Assembly: GCA_026395055.1 (NCBI GenBank)
Contig: JAPLZK010000002.1
Span: 56,940 to 120,939 of the forward strand
From: Candidatus Uhrbacteria bacterium
GTDB taxonomy: Bacteria; Patescibacteriota; Patescibacteriia; UBA9934; GWF2-40-263
Direction: 5' to 3'
DNA: 64,000 nt
Made by a program: the position numbers and the translations under genes. Below the pieces are notes generated by a model, which searched no databases, was not told where the DNA came from, and saw only the letters and a program-made list of their open reading frames with translations. Of this stretch, positions 17,245-26,819 are shown in pieces (within the stretch, counting starts at the first letter, position 1; the number at the start of each line of letters is the position of its first letter).

Positions 17245-17678
17245 TTCTCACCGTCGATATTCTCGTTACGATCGCAAAGAAAGAAGTTCTTCTCATCAAA
17301 CGTGCCAAGCCCCCATTCGAAGACAGGCTGGTAATGCCGGGCGGGCACGTGGAAGAGGAAGAAGAACTTTGTGTGGCGGCGGCGCGGGAGCTAGAGGAGG
17401 AAACACGACTGACCGTTTCTTCCGAAAGCCTCGTGCCGCTCCTCGTTCTCGATGCAATCGATCGTGATCCACGTCCGGGTCATCGCGTTTCCCATGTGTT
17501 CTGGATCGACTTGCTTGATCGTTCCATGGTTGAGATGTGTCGCGCCGAAAGTGATGCGAAAGAGATTGTGATTCGGTCACTCGATTCGCTTGTCGAGTCA
17601 GACATCGGATTCGATCACTGGTTCGCCCTCGAGAAACTCAAAAAGGAGATCGCTCATGAAAGTGCTCGAGTATCCTGA
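17241..17678 (+). CDS. NUDIX hydrolase (145 aa)
   Basis: Nudix box GGHVEEEEELCVAAARELEEETRL. ATGA overlap with the upstream gene. Confidence 0.8.
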   Translation: MILTVDILVTIAKKEVLLIKRAKPPFEDRLVMPGGHVEEEEELCVAAARELEEETRLTVSSESLVPLLVLDAIDRDPRPGHRVSHVFWIDLLDRSMVEMCRAESDAKEIVIRSLDSLVESDIGFDHWFALEKLKKEIAHESARVS

Positions 17679-17901
17679 TTTCTCTTGGTCTGAAGAACTG
17701 ACGTGTAAAAAGTGCGGAGCAAAGTTGCTCGCAGAAATTCAGGACGTGATTCTTGAGTCGACAGGTCGATTCTTTGTTGTCTGTCCTGTGTGTGGTGAGC
17801 GCTCTCACGCAAAAGAAGTTCTTCCCTGGTTTGTCCAAGCGCACGCGCGAGGACAACCGGTTGGTTGGCCGCCTGGTCAAAAACCAAAACCAAGAAACTA
17901 A
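17656..17901 (+). CDS. MKVL zinc-ribbon paralog 4 (81 aa)
   Basis: MKVLEYP...CKKCGAKLLAE...VCPVCG. aaggag RBS. Overlaps the NUDIX 3' end by 23 nt. Confidence 0.55.
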   Translation: MKVLEYPDFSWSEELTCKKCGAKLLAEIQDVILESTGRFFVVCPVCGERSHAKEVLPWFVQAHARGQPVGWPPGQKPKPRN

Positions 17902-17931
17902 AACCCGAGCGGTTCACTCTCGGGTTGTTTT

Positions 17932-18624
17932 TTATTTGATCGAATATCGTTTCAGCCATTCGTACATGGGGCCAATGGTGAATCCGACGACGCCTGCCCA
18001 CAGGATTTCCTCGAGAGGAATGCCACCCAGAATAAATTTGGAGAGCGTTGTCCACTCCCAATAGTTTGTGGCGATATCTGGAAAGAGTCGAATGAAAAAC
18101 AGTTGTTCTACAAGGAATACGAGTGCGGCTGTCATGAGTCCGGAGAGGAGTGCGTCAACAAGGAGGTCGTTTCTACTTGCAATAATATACATGCCGACCA
18201 TAACGCCACCGAAGAGCATGGCTTGGATGGGAGCGATAGAAAAAATGGCAATGGCTCCAAGAGAAAGACAGATCCAGGATCCGAGCACGAGAATCAAATG
18301 TGCAATCCAATGTGCGGCCGGATTTTTTAAACGTAACCGGTCGCCTTTTATTTTATGAACATGCTTACCAAGGAGAACGTGATATATAATGGCAGCAATT
18401 CCGAAAACGGAAAATCCAAAGAGGAGATCTTCTATTCCAAACGTGAAGGGAAGATCTGGGACAACGGCATGATAACTTGATCCAGCAATAAGAAGTAAAG
18501 CGGGAGTTATGACAAGCCCAACAATGCTCATGATGACTTGTTCTTTTCGTGTTTCTTTTGAAACAAAAAACAGGATGAGCCAGATGATAAATAAAACGAG
18601 AGAGGGAAGAAGGAATGGAGGCAT
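17932..18624 (-). CDS. Integral membrane protein (230 aa, ~7 TM)
   Basis: Continuously hydrophobic ORF. No family recognised. Confidence 0.6.
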   Translation of the reverse strand: MPPFLLPSLVLFIIWLILFFVSKETRKEQVIMSIVGLVITPALLLIAGSSYHAVVPDLPFTFGIEDLLFGFSVFGIAAIIYHVLLGKHVHKIKGDRLRLKNPAAHWIAHLILVLGSWICLSLGAIAIFSIAPIQAMLFGGVMVGMYIIASRNDLLVDALLSGLMTAALVFLVEQLFFIRLFPDIATNYWEWTTLSKFILGGIPLEEILWAGVVGFTIGPMYEWLKRYSIK

Positions 18625-18732
18625 AGTAAATCTATTGTATCAGAGATGAGAAAAGTTATGCAGATCCATTGACATGGCGCGCAGTCGGCGTATGCTTTTC
18701 TTCTGCGTTCTTTTGCAGATAAAGAGTGTGTC

Positions 18733-19725
18733 ATGATTCAGCTTCATGTCGAGCCGAATACCTCAGCGATGAGTTGGGAGAAATTCCGTGCGACGAAGCC
18801 TGTATTTTCGATCGCACTTGATGGGTACGTGTATGGTGGTCCAAAGTTTCAGAAGCGCGTCGTGCTTCCTGTTTCCGGACCGGTTCGTGAGGGTGAGGCG
18901 CCGCTTCCGCCGATGGTGATCGGACCGTATGCGAACTTCAATCATCACGAAGAAGTTGATCGTCTTGCAACGCGCGCAACGTGTGCGCAAATTTTGATGG
19001 CGATTCGCCAAGGATTCTTTGATACGTTTCGAAACGGTTATAAAGACACAATTCATGTTTACGTGAATGATTGCGATCAAGATGTGTGCATGGCTGTCTT
19101 CTTGCTTCGACACGGAGCGATCTCAGGCACCGTTGTGAATCCCATTTTGAATCGGCTTGTCTTCATGGAGGATATGCTTGATACAACGGCGGGCGCATAT
19201 CCGTTCCCAATGGACATGGAGATTCTCCAAGAACTCGCATGGACATTCAAGCCCTACACAGACATTCGTTTGAGTGGCGGATTGAGTCGACGCAATGCAA
19301 ACGAGTTTGAATCGGTCATCGAACTTGTTGAAAAGCGAATTGAGAAAACGATTAATGGACGCGGTGAACGTGAGGAATTGCAAACCGATTACGACGTCAT
19401 TGGCGGCGGCTCTGGTTGGACAATGGTCGAAGAGAAAGGGGCGCAAGCACGTACGGCCATGTTCGGAAAAGGCATTCGTGCATTCGTTTCTGTGCGTGAG
19501 CGTGCAAACGGAAATTACGATTACTCGATCGGGCGCATGTCCACATTCGTTCCATTCGATATTCCTGGCATCCTTGCTGTGTTGAATGAAGCAGAGGGGT
19601 GTGGGGAAGATTGTTGGGGTGGTGCAGATACCATTGGCGGAAGTCCACGCATTGCAGGTAGTCGACTGACACCAAAAGAAGTAGAAAACATTATCAATTT
19701 TTATCTCACTCAGACTCGCCATTAG
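18733..19725 (+). CDS. Hypothetical protein (330 aa)
   Basis: Long ORF with NFNHHEE and NDCDQD acidic/His clusters, possibly a metal-dependent hydrolase. Not assignable. Confidence 0.5.
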   Translation: MIQLHVEPNTSAMSWEKFRATKPVFSIALDGYVYGGPKFQKRVVLPVSGPVREGEAPLPPMVIGPYANFNHHEEVDRLATRATCAQILMAIRQGFFDTFRNGYKDTIHVYVNDCDQDVCMAVFLLRHGAISGTVVNPILNRLVFMEDMLDTTAGAYPFPMDMEILQELAWTFKPYTDIRLSGGLSRRNANEFESVIELVEKRIEKTINGRGEREELQTDYDVIGGGSGWTMVEEKGAQARTAMFGKGIRAFVSVRERANGNYDYSIGRMSTFVPFDIPGILAVLNEAEGCGEDCWGGADTIGGSPRIAGSRLTPKEVENIINFYLTQTRH

Positions 19726-19771
19726 TGCGGGTCTTTTTTCTTTTTCGATTTAGTGCTTTACTACACGTACT

Positions 19772-20380
19772 ATGTTCACTGGAATCATCAAAGGAAAATT
19801 TCCCGTTGTTTCAATCACAGACCGTGAAGGGTTGCGGTCGTTTGTCGTCCAGTTTTCGCCAGAGTATGTCGAAGGCTTGTCGACGGGGGCATCTGTCGCG
19901 ATTGATGGTGTCTGTTTTACTGCGACGAAGATTGAAGCCGATCATGTTTCCTTCGACGCCATGGAAGAAACACTTCGCAAAACAACCATTGGTACATTAA
20001 AAGAAGGCGACAATGTGAACATCGAACGTTCGGCGCGCATGGGAGATGAGATTGGTGGACATGTGATGTCCGGACACGTTTCGGCCATGGCGGAAATTGT
20101 TGCGGTCAATGAATCGGAAAATAATAAAGCCGTGACATTTAAAGTAGATCCGCCGTGGATGAAATATATTTTCTCCAAAGGATTTATTTCTCTCGATGGC
20201 GCTTCCCTCACCGTCGTTGACGCAGATAAATCAAATGGAACATTTCAGGTGTGGTTTATTCCAGAAACGCTCAAGCTCACAAAGTTTGGAGAGAAGGGGA
20301 TTGGAGATTGCGTGAATCTTGAAATTGATCCGCAGTCGCAAGTGATTGTGGAGACCATTGAAACTATTTTGAAAAAATAA
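19772..20380 (+). CDS. ribE: Riboflavin synthase alpha chain
   Basis: MFTGII start with duplicated GASVAIDGVCFT / ISLDGASLTV lumazine-binding repeats. Confidence 0.85.
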   Translation: MFTGIIKGKFPVVSITDREGLRSFVVQFSPEYVEGLSTGASVAIDGVCFTATKIEADHVSFDAMEETLRKTTIGTLKEGDNVNIERSARMGDEIGGHVMSGHVSAMAEIVAVNESENNKAVTFKVDPPWMKYIFSKGFISLDGASLTVVDADKSNGTFQVWFIPETLKLTKFGEKGIGDCVNLEIDPQSQVIVETIETILKK

Positions 20381-20389
20381 TTTTCATCT

Positions 20390-20791
20390 ATGCCAAAAAA
20401 CATTGCCCTCGTCCTTGGATCATTTCACAAAAAAGAAGCAGACGATATGTTGGTCGTTGCACATGCGGCAGCCCTCGAGAATGATTTGCATGTGAAAGAA
20501 ATTGTGTGGGTTCCAGGTTCTATGGAAGCACCACTCGCGTTGAAACGTTTGTTACTTCGTGAGGATATTGATGGCGCGGTAGCTCTTGGAATCATCGAAC
20601 GCGGAGAAACAAAACATGGACTTGTGATGGGGGAAGTTGTGTATGACGCGATCATTCGTTTGCAACTTGAGTTCATGAAACCAATTGGATTTGGAATTCT
20701 TGGACCAGAAATTTTGCCAGAACAAATCGAGAAACGTGTGAAGCCTTATGCGCGCGCTGCGGTAGAGGCACTCGCAAAGATGTTGGTGTAA
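20390..20791 (+). CDS. ribH: 6,7-dimethyl-8-ribityllumazine synthase
   Basis: VPGSMEAPLALKRL ... DGAVALGIIERGETKHG. Size and position next to ribE fit. Confidence 0.75.
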   Translation: MPKNIALVLGSFHKKEADDMLVVAHAAALENDLHVKEIVWVPGSMEAPLALKRLLLREDIDGAVALGIIERGETKHGLVMGEVVYDAIIRLQLEFMKPIGFGILGPEILPEQIEKRVKPYARAAVEALAKMLV

Positions 20792-20821
20792 CCATTGACA
20801 AAATCACAAAAAGTCGATACG

Positions 20822-20897
20822 CTCGCGGAAGTTCTTTTCGCGAGTGTTTTGTTTTCGAAGGTCGAAGATGAATCGATCGCACTTCTGAGAGGCAAAG
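20822..20897 (+). promoter_or_regulatory. Degenerate island junction unit
   Basis: CTCGCG-N11-CGCGAG hairpin, TGTTTTGTTTTCGAAGG ... CTTCTGAGAGGCAAAG directly before the ATG at 20898. Confidence 0.45.
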
Positions 20898-21959
20898 ATG
20901 CACGCAGGCATGACGGTCAATGGATTGACAATCGGTGTTCATCGACCACGGAAAGATCCACGTCGCGGACGTGTACTTGCCGCGAGAGCACCACAAGGTG
21001 TGCATAACATTGCGGACTACAAAGATATGCCGCAAGGTTGGCCGCGTGCGCAAGGTCCAAACGAGTTGTCGTGTTTTGTGGGGGTCACAGATGAACATGA
21101 GATGTGGTTTGATGTGCGTCCGCTGAATCAGCATTCGCATTACGCTGCTGTGGTCGTGATCGTTCAGCGCGTGAATGCGCTGACCGCTCGCACAGCGGAT
21201 CACGTCTATCTCGAGAAATACGTAGACACGTGTCCGAAGCATGAGACTCTATTCGAGGCAGAACGCTTTTGCCCGGAATGCAAGTTCAAGTGGCCGGCAC
21301 AAAACTACATCACCAATGCGGGCGGTGCAGATTCGGAGAGGCAGTTCTGGCTTGATGGTTGGCGTAGCCAAGACGGTGAGATTCGCCAGTTCGTCTTTGC
21401 GGACGTGGAAAAGGGTCTTGGCGTTGCACAGCAGTTGATTGGCGAAGAGCGCACGGCGGACATTCGCTTCGCGATATTCCTTTCGAAGGAACCGAAGCCT
21501 GTTCCGCCGCGCTTGCAAGCTGCACGTCGTGGCGGGGGAGATATTGTCGATTGTTATTTGGGTGACAATACGAAGGGTGGCGGCTTTTTGGGTCACGCTC
21601 TGAATAGTCCCGTGTTCGGCGCAAAGGTTGATTCAAGCTCGCAAACGCGTTCCTTGAACATGATGGCGACGCTTGGTGCTTCCAGTTTGGGTGATGAGGA
21701 CGCGTCGTTCTTGCAAGGAAACGATCCAAGGACGATCGGTGCTCCGGTGAAGCAGGAGGTTTCCTTTGGTCGCGCGGTGGACCAGAAGATTCATCCGGAT
21801 CCGCATGACATTGGCTTCTGGCAGGACGAACCCGCTGCGGTCATCATGCTCACGCCAGCACCTGCGGCTTGGGTTGAGACCGTGACGCGCAATGGCGCGA
21901 CGGTTGATCGCACGCTTGGCGGTATGGGGCCGCTCGCGGGATTGAAGGGCGTTGGCTAA
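20898..21959 (+). CDS. Hypothetical protein with CPKH...CPEC zinc-ribbon (353 aa)
   Basis: Long GC-rich ORF. No family recognised. Start uncertain. Confidence 0.5.
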   Translation: MHAGMTVNGLTIGVHRPRKDPRRGRVLAARAPQGVHNIADYKDMPQGWPRAQGPNELSCFVGVTDEHEMWFDVRPLNQHSHYAAVVVIVQRVNALTARTADHVYLEKYVDTCPKHETLFEAERFCPECKFKWPAQNYITNAGGADSERQFWLDGWRSQDGEIRQFVFADVEKGLGVAQQLIGEERTADIRFAIFLSKEPKPVPPRLQAARRGGGDIVDCYLGDNTKGGGFLGHALNSPVFGAKVDSSSQTRSLNMMATLGASSLGDEDASFLQGNDPRTIGAPVKQEVSFGRAVDQKIHPDPHDIGFWQDEPAAVIMLTPAPAAWVETVTRNGATVDRTLGGMGPLAGLKGVG

Positions 21960-21971
21960 GACGGGACTCTT

Positions 21972-21998
21972 GAAAGCTGAAAGGCTTTCTTTTTTTTG
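21972..21998 (+). terminator. Intrinsic terminator
   Basis: gaaagc-tgaaag-gctttc hairpin followed by T9. Confidence 0.7.
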
Positions 21999-22047
21999 GA
22001 GGGGCAAGGGATTAGTAGCTAACTGGCTTACTAACCCCTAACCCCTC

Positions 22048-22085
22048 TTGACGTTTCTTTAGTATGTGTATAACCTACACTTAGT
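22048..22085 (+). promoter_or_regulatory. Promoter P1 with 28-bp box TTTAGTATGTGTATAACCTACACTTAGT
   Basis: TTGAC at 22048. The box differs at a single base (C for T) from the one at 23671-23698. Confidence 0.65.
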
Positions 22086-22270
22086 GGCACATGTCGCCCG
22101 GAAAACGGACGGGAAACGCTTGACATAATCCGGATCCGCGACTAGGGTGCTGTATTGTTCTTTCTTGCTGGCGAATGGCTTTGAGAAGATTCTGTGAATC
22201 TTTTGAAAGCCGTTCGTCATCAGGGTGTTCCTGAAGTTGCCGTGCGGTGGTTCTCACAAGGAGTATTTCC

Positions 22271-23614
22271 ATGCCCGCCAAGCCCAAGGCACCCGTTGCC
22301 GCTACTGCCGAATCCGGCGCCACTGTTCCCCCCGCGAGTCCGAAGTGGACGGCGCTCGTCGAAAAGTTTGCGGCCTCGACCGGTCTCGGTATCGAAGTCG
22401 TTGGCCCTCGTTTCAAGACGCTCACTGGCACGGACGACGACGCTGGTGTGGAGTTGCTCGAGAACGCGGCAGACACGCCCGACCAGGAATTGAAGACGTT
22501 GTTCGCGGCTGATGGTGTCGCTTCGGCGCGCCTGAATCGCGCGATTCGCGAGATGCGTTTGGTTGCAGCTCCTGTCGTCCCCGTCGCTCCGGCGCCTGGT
22601 CCGTCCGCGGCCGTTCCGAACGTTGGTTCGACTCCGATTCTGCTGACGCAGGCTCCGGGGGACGATGATCTTCTCCGCGCGTTGCGGATTGGCGGTCGTC
22701 CCGAATTCGAAGCGGCCAACTTGGCTGCGGTCATTCGCGCGGCTGTCGCGGCGAAGAACGGATTGTATGGGTTGCCGAAGCGCTTGCAGGAGGCGATTCA
22801 CGAGACGGCTCGTCGTACCAAGAAGCCTGCCCCCGCTGTGCTCGTCGAAATTCGTCGCGAGCTTGCTCGGCGCAGTGATCAGGCCGCGTTGTTCGCCGAT
22901 CTGATGCCCGGTCAGGATGGTGCGAACTACGTCACGGCCGAAGACAAGGTCCAGACCATCAAGGATCTCGACAAGGTTTGGCCGGCGTTCATGCAATTTC
23001 AGCAGCAGCTTCGTGGTTTCCGCGATGAAGCGGTGAACGTTGCCATGACGGCAGGGATGATGGGCATGCAAGGCATGAACATGGGTCTCGCTGCCGCGGG
23101 TCTCACCCCGGAAATGCTGGTTGGTACCAGTTTGGATGCCCAACCGTACGTAGACGCGAGTGAAGGGATCATCAATGCCCTGAACGAGGTCTTCGCGGAC
23201 ATGGGTTTGTACGCTTCGCGCGTGCTTGCCGTGGAAGCGCATCGGTTGACGCAAATCGTGCAGAAGGACGAATTGATCGCTGCCGTTGGCGCGACCAATC
23301 GCGAAGAGATGTTGCTGACGCTGAAGATCGGCATGACGTCCGACGTCATCCGTGCGCAGCAGAACCTGGTGACGTGGGTCGTGAACGTGATCGATCTGCC
23401 GAACAAGGATGCTATGAGTTTGCGCGGCGTGCTTCTCACGTTGTTCCAGCTCGGTGAGCAGATTCCGTGGGAAAAGCTCAGCAATGGCGCGGTCAGCTTG
23501 CCGCGGCAGTCGATGGGCAATGGCGCGAGCCGCCCCTCAATGGACGGCCGTCCGCTCCCCGGCCAAAAGCAGCCCGGCAACACGGCGTTCAGCAGCAACA
23601 ACGGCCGCGACTAG
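22271..23614 (+). CDS. Hypothetical protein, Ala/Pro-rich N-terminus (447 aa)
   Basis: aaggag RBS 7 nt before the ATG (MPAKPKAPVAA...). Met/Gly-rich patch MTAGMMGMQGMNMGL. No family recognised. Confidence 0.55.
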   Translation: MPAKPKAPVAATAESGATVPPASPKWTALVEKFAASTGLGIEVVGPRFKTLTGTDDDAGVELLENAADTPDQELKTLFAADGVASARLNRAIREMRLVAAPVVPVAPAPGPSAAVPNVGSTPILLTQAPGDDDLLRALRIGGRPEFEAANLAAVIRAAVAAKNGLYGLPKRLQEAIHETARRTKKPAPAVLVEIRRELARRSDQAALFADLMPGQDGANYVTAEDKVQTIKDLDKVWPAFMQFQQQLRGFRDEAVNVAMTAGMMGMQGMNMGLAAAGLTPEMLVGTSLDAQPYVDASEGIINALNEVFADMGLYASRVLAVEAHRLTQIVQKDELIAAVGATNREEMLLTLKIGMTSDVIRAQQNLVTWVVNVIDLPNKDAMSLRGVLLTLFQLGEQIPWEKLSNGAVSLPRQSMGNGASRPSMDGRPLPGQKQPGNTAFSSNNGRD

Positions 23615-23627
23615 AAGCCCTTTCCTC

Positions 23628-23655
23628 AGAACGTCCCAAAAAGACGTTCTTTTTT
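23628..23655 (+). terminator. Intrinsic terminator
   Basis: agaacgtc-ccaaaaa-gacgttct hairpin followed by T5. Confidence 0.8.
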
Positions 23656-23660
23656 GTTGC

Positions 23661-23698
23661 TTGACAAGAGTTTAGTATGTGTATAATCTACACTTAGT
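23661..23698 (+). promoter_or_regulatory. Promoter P2 (TTGACA ... TATAAT) carrying the same 28-bp box as P1
   Basis: TTGACAagagTTTAGTATGTGTATAATCTACACTTAGT. Confidence 0.7.
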
Positions 23699-23893
23699 AA
23701 CGCATTTCATTACCTTCCCCTTGCGAAGGGGGAGCATGAGGGGGTCTGTGGCTAAAAGCCTTGACATTCCGCTGTTATTTCCTTAAGGTTCGCCCTTGTT
23801 TTTCTTCCGGAATCGAACAATGTGTCCGCTTCGGGAAGGGAAACAAACACAAGGTTTGTCTCGCGCGTCCTTTTCACAACAGAGGGATCATCC

Positions 23894-25537
23894 ATGCACA
23901 CTTTGCCAGACGTTCGTACGCTTCCGCTTCCGTCCAAATTCCTTGTCGCGCTTCAGAAACTGATTCTTCGCACGCTTGAGATCTCTGGGTCAAAGATGGG
24001 GAATCAACTCGTCGAAGCGATTTTTGGAAAAACCATCACGTTTGGTCAACTCCAGATTCCTTCTATGCAAGATTGTGTTGAAGCGATTCGGGGCGAAGGT
24101 ATGACGCGTCCAAACATTCGCATTCGTGAACTCGTAGATCTCTTTGGAGCGATCAACCCAACAACGCCTGTGTGCGATGAGTGTGGTGAGTTTGCCATCA
24201 ATCAGATCGGTGGAAAGTTCATGGAACTTCAGCCCGACGAACTCTGTCCGTTTTGTTTGCAGGGCCACGTCAAGATCGAACCGATGATTCTGCGTACGGT
24301 GAACTGGGCAACTGGTGAACTCGTTGTGCCGAACATTGATTACGATTCACACTCGCGCATTGGTCTCGGCATTCCGCTGACTGATGAAGCGATTGTGAAG
24401 TGGGCGGATGGAATCAATATGGATTTGGATGCCGCACTCGTTGCGGCAAAGATTTCCATTCACGGGTTCCTTGCGTACCTGTATCTGCGTCAGCATGCAT
24501 TCGCACAGCTCGAAGACGTTCCGAAATTTCTGTTGAGTCCACGTGGATTCGATACGAAGTATTCGGAAGAGACACTCGATCGTCTCATACGTGAGGCATC
24601 GCAATTTCTGGATGTGCGTGAGATCACAAATCTTCCGCACAAGAAATTTCTTCCTGATGGTCGTCGTCGCGATGAGTTTACCTCGATCACAATCGGTGGT
24701 CGCGCGTATCTCATCGATGGCAAGATTGGTGAAGGAGATAAGTGCGATGTGTACGCTGGTCGATGGGATCACGAGCCGACGGAGCGTGTCGTCGTAAAGA
24801 TTGCACGCGTTGGCGTGAGTGATGATCGACTGCGTGCGGAGCGCACAAATCTTGAGTTGCTCGCGAAGAGTGATGCGCAAGGCGTGGAATTTTTTCGCCA
24901 ACTGCTTCCGGAAATCATTTCGTTCGGCAGCGTACAAGATCCAAACGGGCAATCACGCTCGTGTGTGGTCTATCGCGATCGAAACGGATTTGATTGGACC
25001 CTCGCTGACGTGATGCGTGCGTACCCACAAGGAGTGGAGCCACAGACGATGGTCTGGATGTTCAATCGAACACTCATGTTGCTTGCGTGGATGCATGAAC
25101 ATGACATTGTGCACGGTGCTCTCACACCTGGGCACATGCTCATTCATCCGAAGTATCACGGACTCATGTTTCTTGACCTCGCGTATGCGGGTCGAATCGG
25201 ACAGCCGCTTCCGGATGTCGAACCTTCACACGTGCTCTATCGTCCAAGTGCATCGCTTACCAACAATGTCTTTCACCCAATGATGGACATCTGTATGGCA
25301 GCGCGATGCATGATTGTGGTCATGGGAGGAAACCTCGAGCAAAAAACGATTCCGACAACTGTGCCGGATCCGCTCGCGGCGCTCTTGTCCAACCTCGCAT
25401 TTCCGGATGATAGCCATTTGTGGGGTTCGCGTTTTGCCAAGTTGGCCGATCAAGTCAAAGCAAGCTTTGGCGCGATTGCGGAAACGGTTTACGGCCCGAG
25501 GAAGTATCACGCATTTGAAATGCCACCCGTGGCATAG
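23894..25537 (+). CDS. Protein-kinase-fold protein, probable pseudokinase, with N-terminal CxxC...CxxC zinc-ribbon (547 aa)
   Basis: Gly-loop IGEGDKCDVY, VVVKIA Lys, ERTNLELL. Catalytic loop IVHGALTPGHMLI has Ala in place of the catalytic Asp. DFG position reads FLDLAYAG. RBS agaggga. Confidence 0.6.
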   Translation: MHTLPDVRTLPLPSKFLVALQKLILRTLEISGSKMGNQLVEAIFGKTITFGQLQIPSMQDCVEAIRGEGMTRPNIRIRELVDLFGAINPTTPVCDECGEFAINQIGGKFMELQPDELCPFCLQGHVKIEPMILRTVNWATGELVVPNIDYDSHSRIGLGIPLTDEAIVKWADGINMDLDAALVAAKISIHGFLAYLYLRQHAFAQLEDVPKFLLSPRGFDTKYSEETLDRLIREASQFLDVREITNLPHKKFLPDGRRRDEFTSITIGGRAYLIDGKIGEGDKCDVYAGRWDHEPTERVVVKIARVGVSDDRLRAERTNLELLAKSDAQGVEFFRQLLPEIISFGSVQDPNGQSRSCVVYRDRNGFDWTLADVMRAYPQGVEPQTMVWMFNRTLMLLAWMHEHDIVHGALTPGHMLIHPKYHGLMFLDLAYAGRIGQPLPDVEPSHVLYRPSASLTNNVFHPMMDICMAARCMIVVMGGNLEQKTIPTTVPDPLAALLSNLAFPDDSHLWGSRFAKLADQVKASFGAIAETVYGPRKYHAFEMPPVA

Positions 25538-25542
25538 CTCTT

Positions 25543-25626
25543 CGTAGAGGAGGGGATTTACTTCTCCTCTACGAAATCTTTTTCCTGACTTGAAACGTGT
25601 ACACAAAATTTGTGCACGCATTTCAG
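25543..25626 (+). promoter_or_regulatory. Island junction unit, W variant
   Basis: cgtagaggag...ctcctctacg hairpin, TTTTTCCTGA, long imperfect hairpin gaaacgtgtacacaaa/tttgtgcacgcatttc, TTTCAGA. Confidence 0.6.
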
Positions 25627-25688
25627 ATCATGAATCTGAATCGAACAAAGGGTTCGAGGAACGTTCTTCACAACACAGGAGTCAGCAC

Positions 25689-26636
25689 ATGGGTGGCGGA
25701 TTTTACGATTACCGTGCACACGAAGCAACAACGGTTGCGCGTGCAGCCAAACCCATTCAAGTGGTGTTTTCACAAACGGCGTGTCATCCGCTCATGGATC
25801 CGAAAGGATTGCGTGTGCGTGAATCACGTGACAGTTTGGAACATCCAAACTCGCGTGCGATTCTCTTTGGAGTCGATGTGACGAAGTCGATGGGGCCAAT
25901 CCCAGAAGGGTTGGCAAAGCGAACATTGCCGCAATTCATGCGCGCCGTGCTCCGCGTCATTCCGCATCCGCAGATTTGTTTTGTTGGCATCGGTGACGCA
26001 CTCGATGGGGATCGCGCTCCGCTTCAAGTGGGTGAGTTCGAAAGTTCGCACGCGCTTATTGATGCGAGTCTTACGCGTCTGTACATCGAAGGTGGTGGTG
26101 GATCCATCGGAAGTGAGTCTTATGAGAACATGTTTTATCTGGCTGCACGTCATACGTCGATTGACTGTTGGGAGAAGCGTCGCGAAAAGGGGTATCTCTT
26201 TTTGACTGGCGATGAAACTCCGTATCCAAACGTGATTGCCTCCACGATCAATCGATTGATTGGTCCAGGAACGCTGACCGCAAACATTCCCATCGAAGCA
26301 ATCATTGCAGAAGCAAGTGTGAAATATCATCCGTTCTTTTTTATTCCAGACCAAGGTCGCTCACTCACGATTGAACGTTCGTGGCGCAACAAGCTTGGGG
26401 ATGCAGTGATCGTTCTTCAAAATCCGGAAGATACGTCCGTTGCGGCCGCGATCTTGATTGGCCTCTGCGAAGGCGTTTATCAACATCTCGACGACGTGCG
26501 TCAGGCACTTGCAACGGAGTTTGATCGAAAGGGCGATGCGTTGTATCGCGTTGTTTCATCTGTTGAAGCATACGCCGCATCCATTGGACTTGGTGGCGCG
26601 CGCCGTCCGGTTTTGTCGCAAGGTGTGCGGTGGTGA
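25689..26636 (+). CDS. vWA-domain protein 1 (315 aa)
   Basis: MIDAS-like FGVDVTKSMG, later IGDA and LFLTGDETP. Paralog of the next gene. Confidence 0.65.
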   Translation: MGGGFYDYRAHEATTVARAAKPIQVVFSQTACHPLMDPKGLRVRESRDSLEHPNSRAILFGVDVTKSMGPIPEGLAKRTLPQFMRAVLRVIPHPQICFVGIGDALDGDRAPLQVGEFESSHALIDASLTRLYIEGGGGSIGSESYENMFYLAARHTSIDCWEKRREKGYLFLTGDETPYPNVIASTINRLIGPGTLTANIPIEAIIAEASVKYHPFFFIPDQGRSLTIERSWRNKLGDAVIVLQNPEDTSVAAAILIGLCEGVYQHLDDVRQALATEFDRKGDALYRVVSSVEAYAASIGLGGARRPVLSQGVRW

Positions 26637-26649
26637 TTCCAATTTCTTT

Positions 26650-26731
26650 GTAGGGGAGGGTGACTATTCTCCCCTACACCATTTTTTCCTGAACTGAAAT
26701 ATCTATTCGATCATCGAATGTATATTCCAGG
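26650..26731 (+). promoter_or_regulatory. Island junction unit, W variant
   Basis: gtaggggag...ctcccctac hairpin, TTTTTTCCTGAA, long imperfect hairpin ending TTCCAGG. Confidence 0.6.
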
Positions 26732-26819
26732 TCATGAATCTGGTTCTGTTATCGAGGGTTCGATTCCAGAAGTGTCTCATATTCCGATTTCGATCGGAAG
26801 TACACAAGGTAGGTGTCTC

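Noticed and set aside
22220-23254. 344-aa minus-strand ORF, plus 22081-22734 (217 aa) and 22999-23601 (200 aa), antisense to the 447-aa gene
   Set aside because: Arg/Gly/Thr-rich low-complexity translations typical of antisense shadows in GC-rich DNA. No RBS. The plus-strand ORF has a promoter, RBS and terminator.
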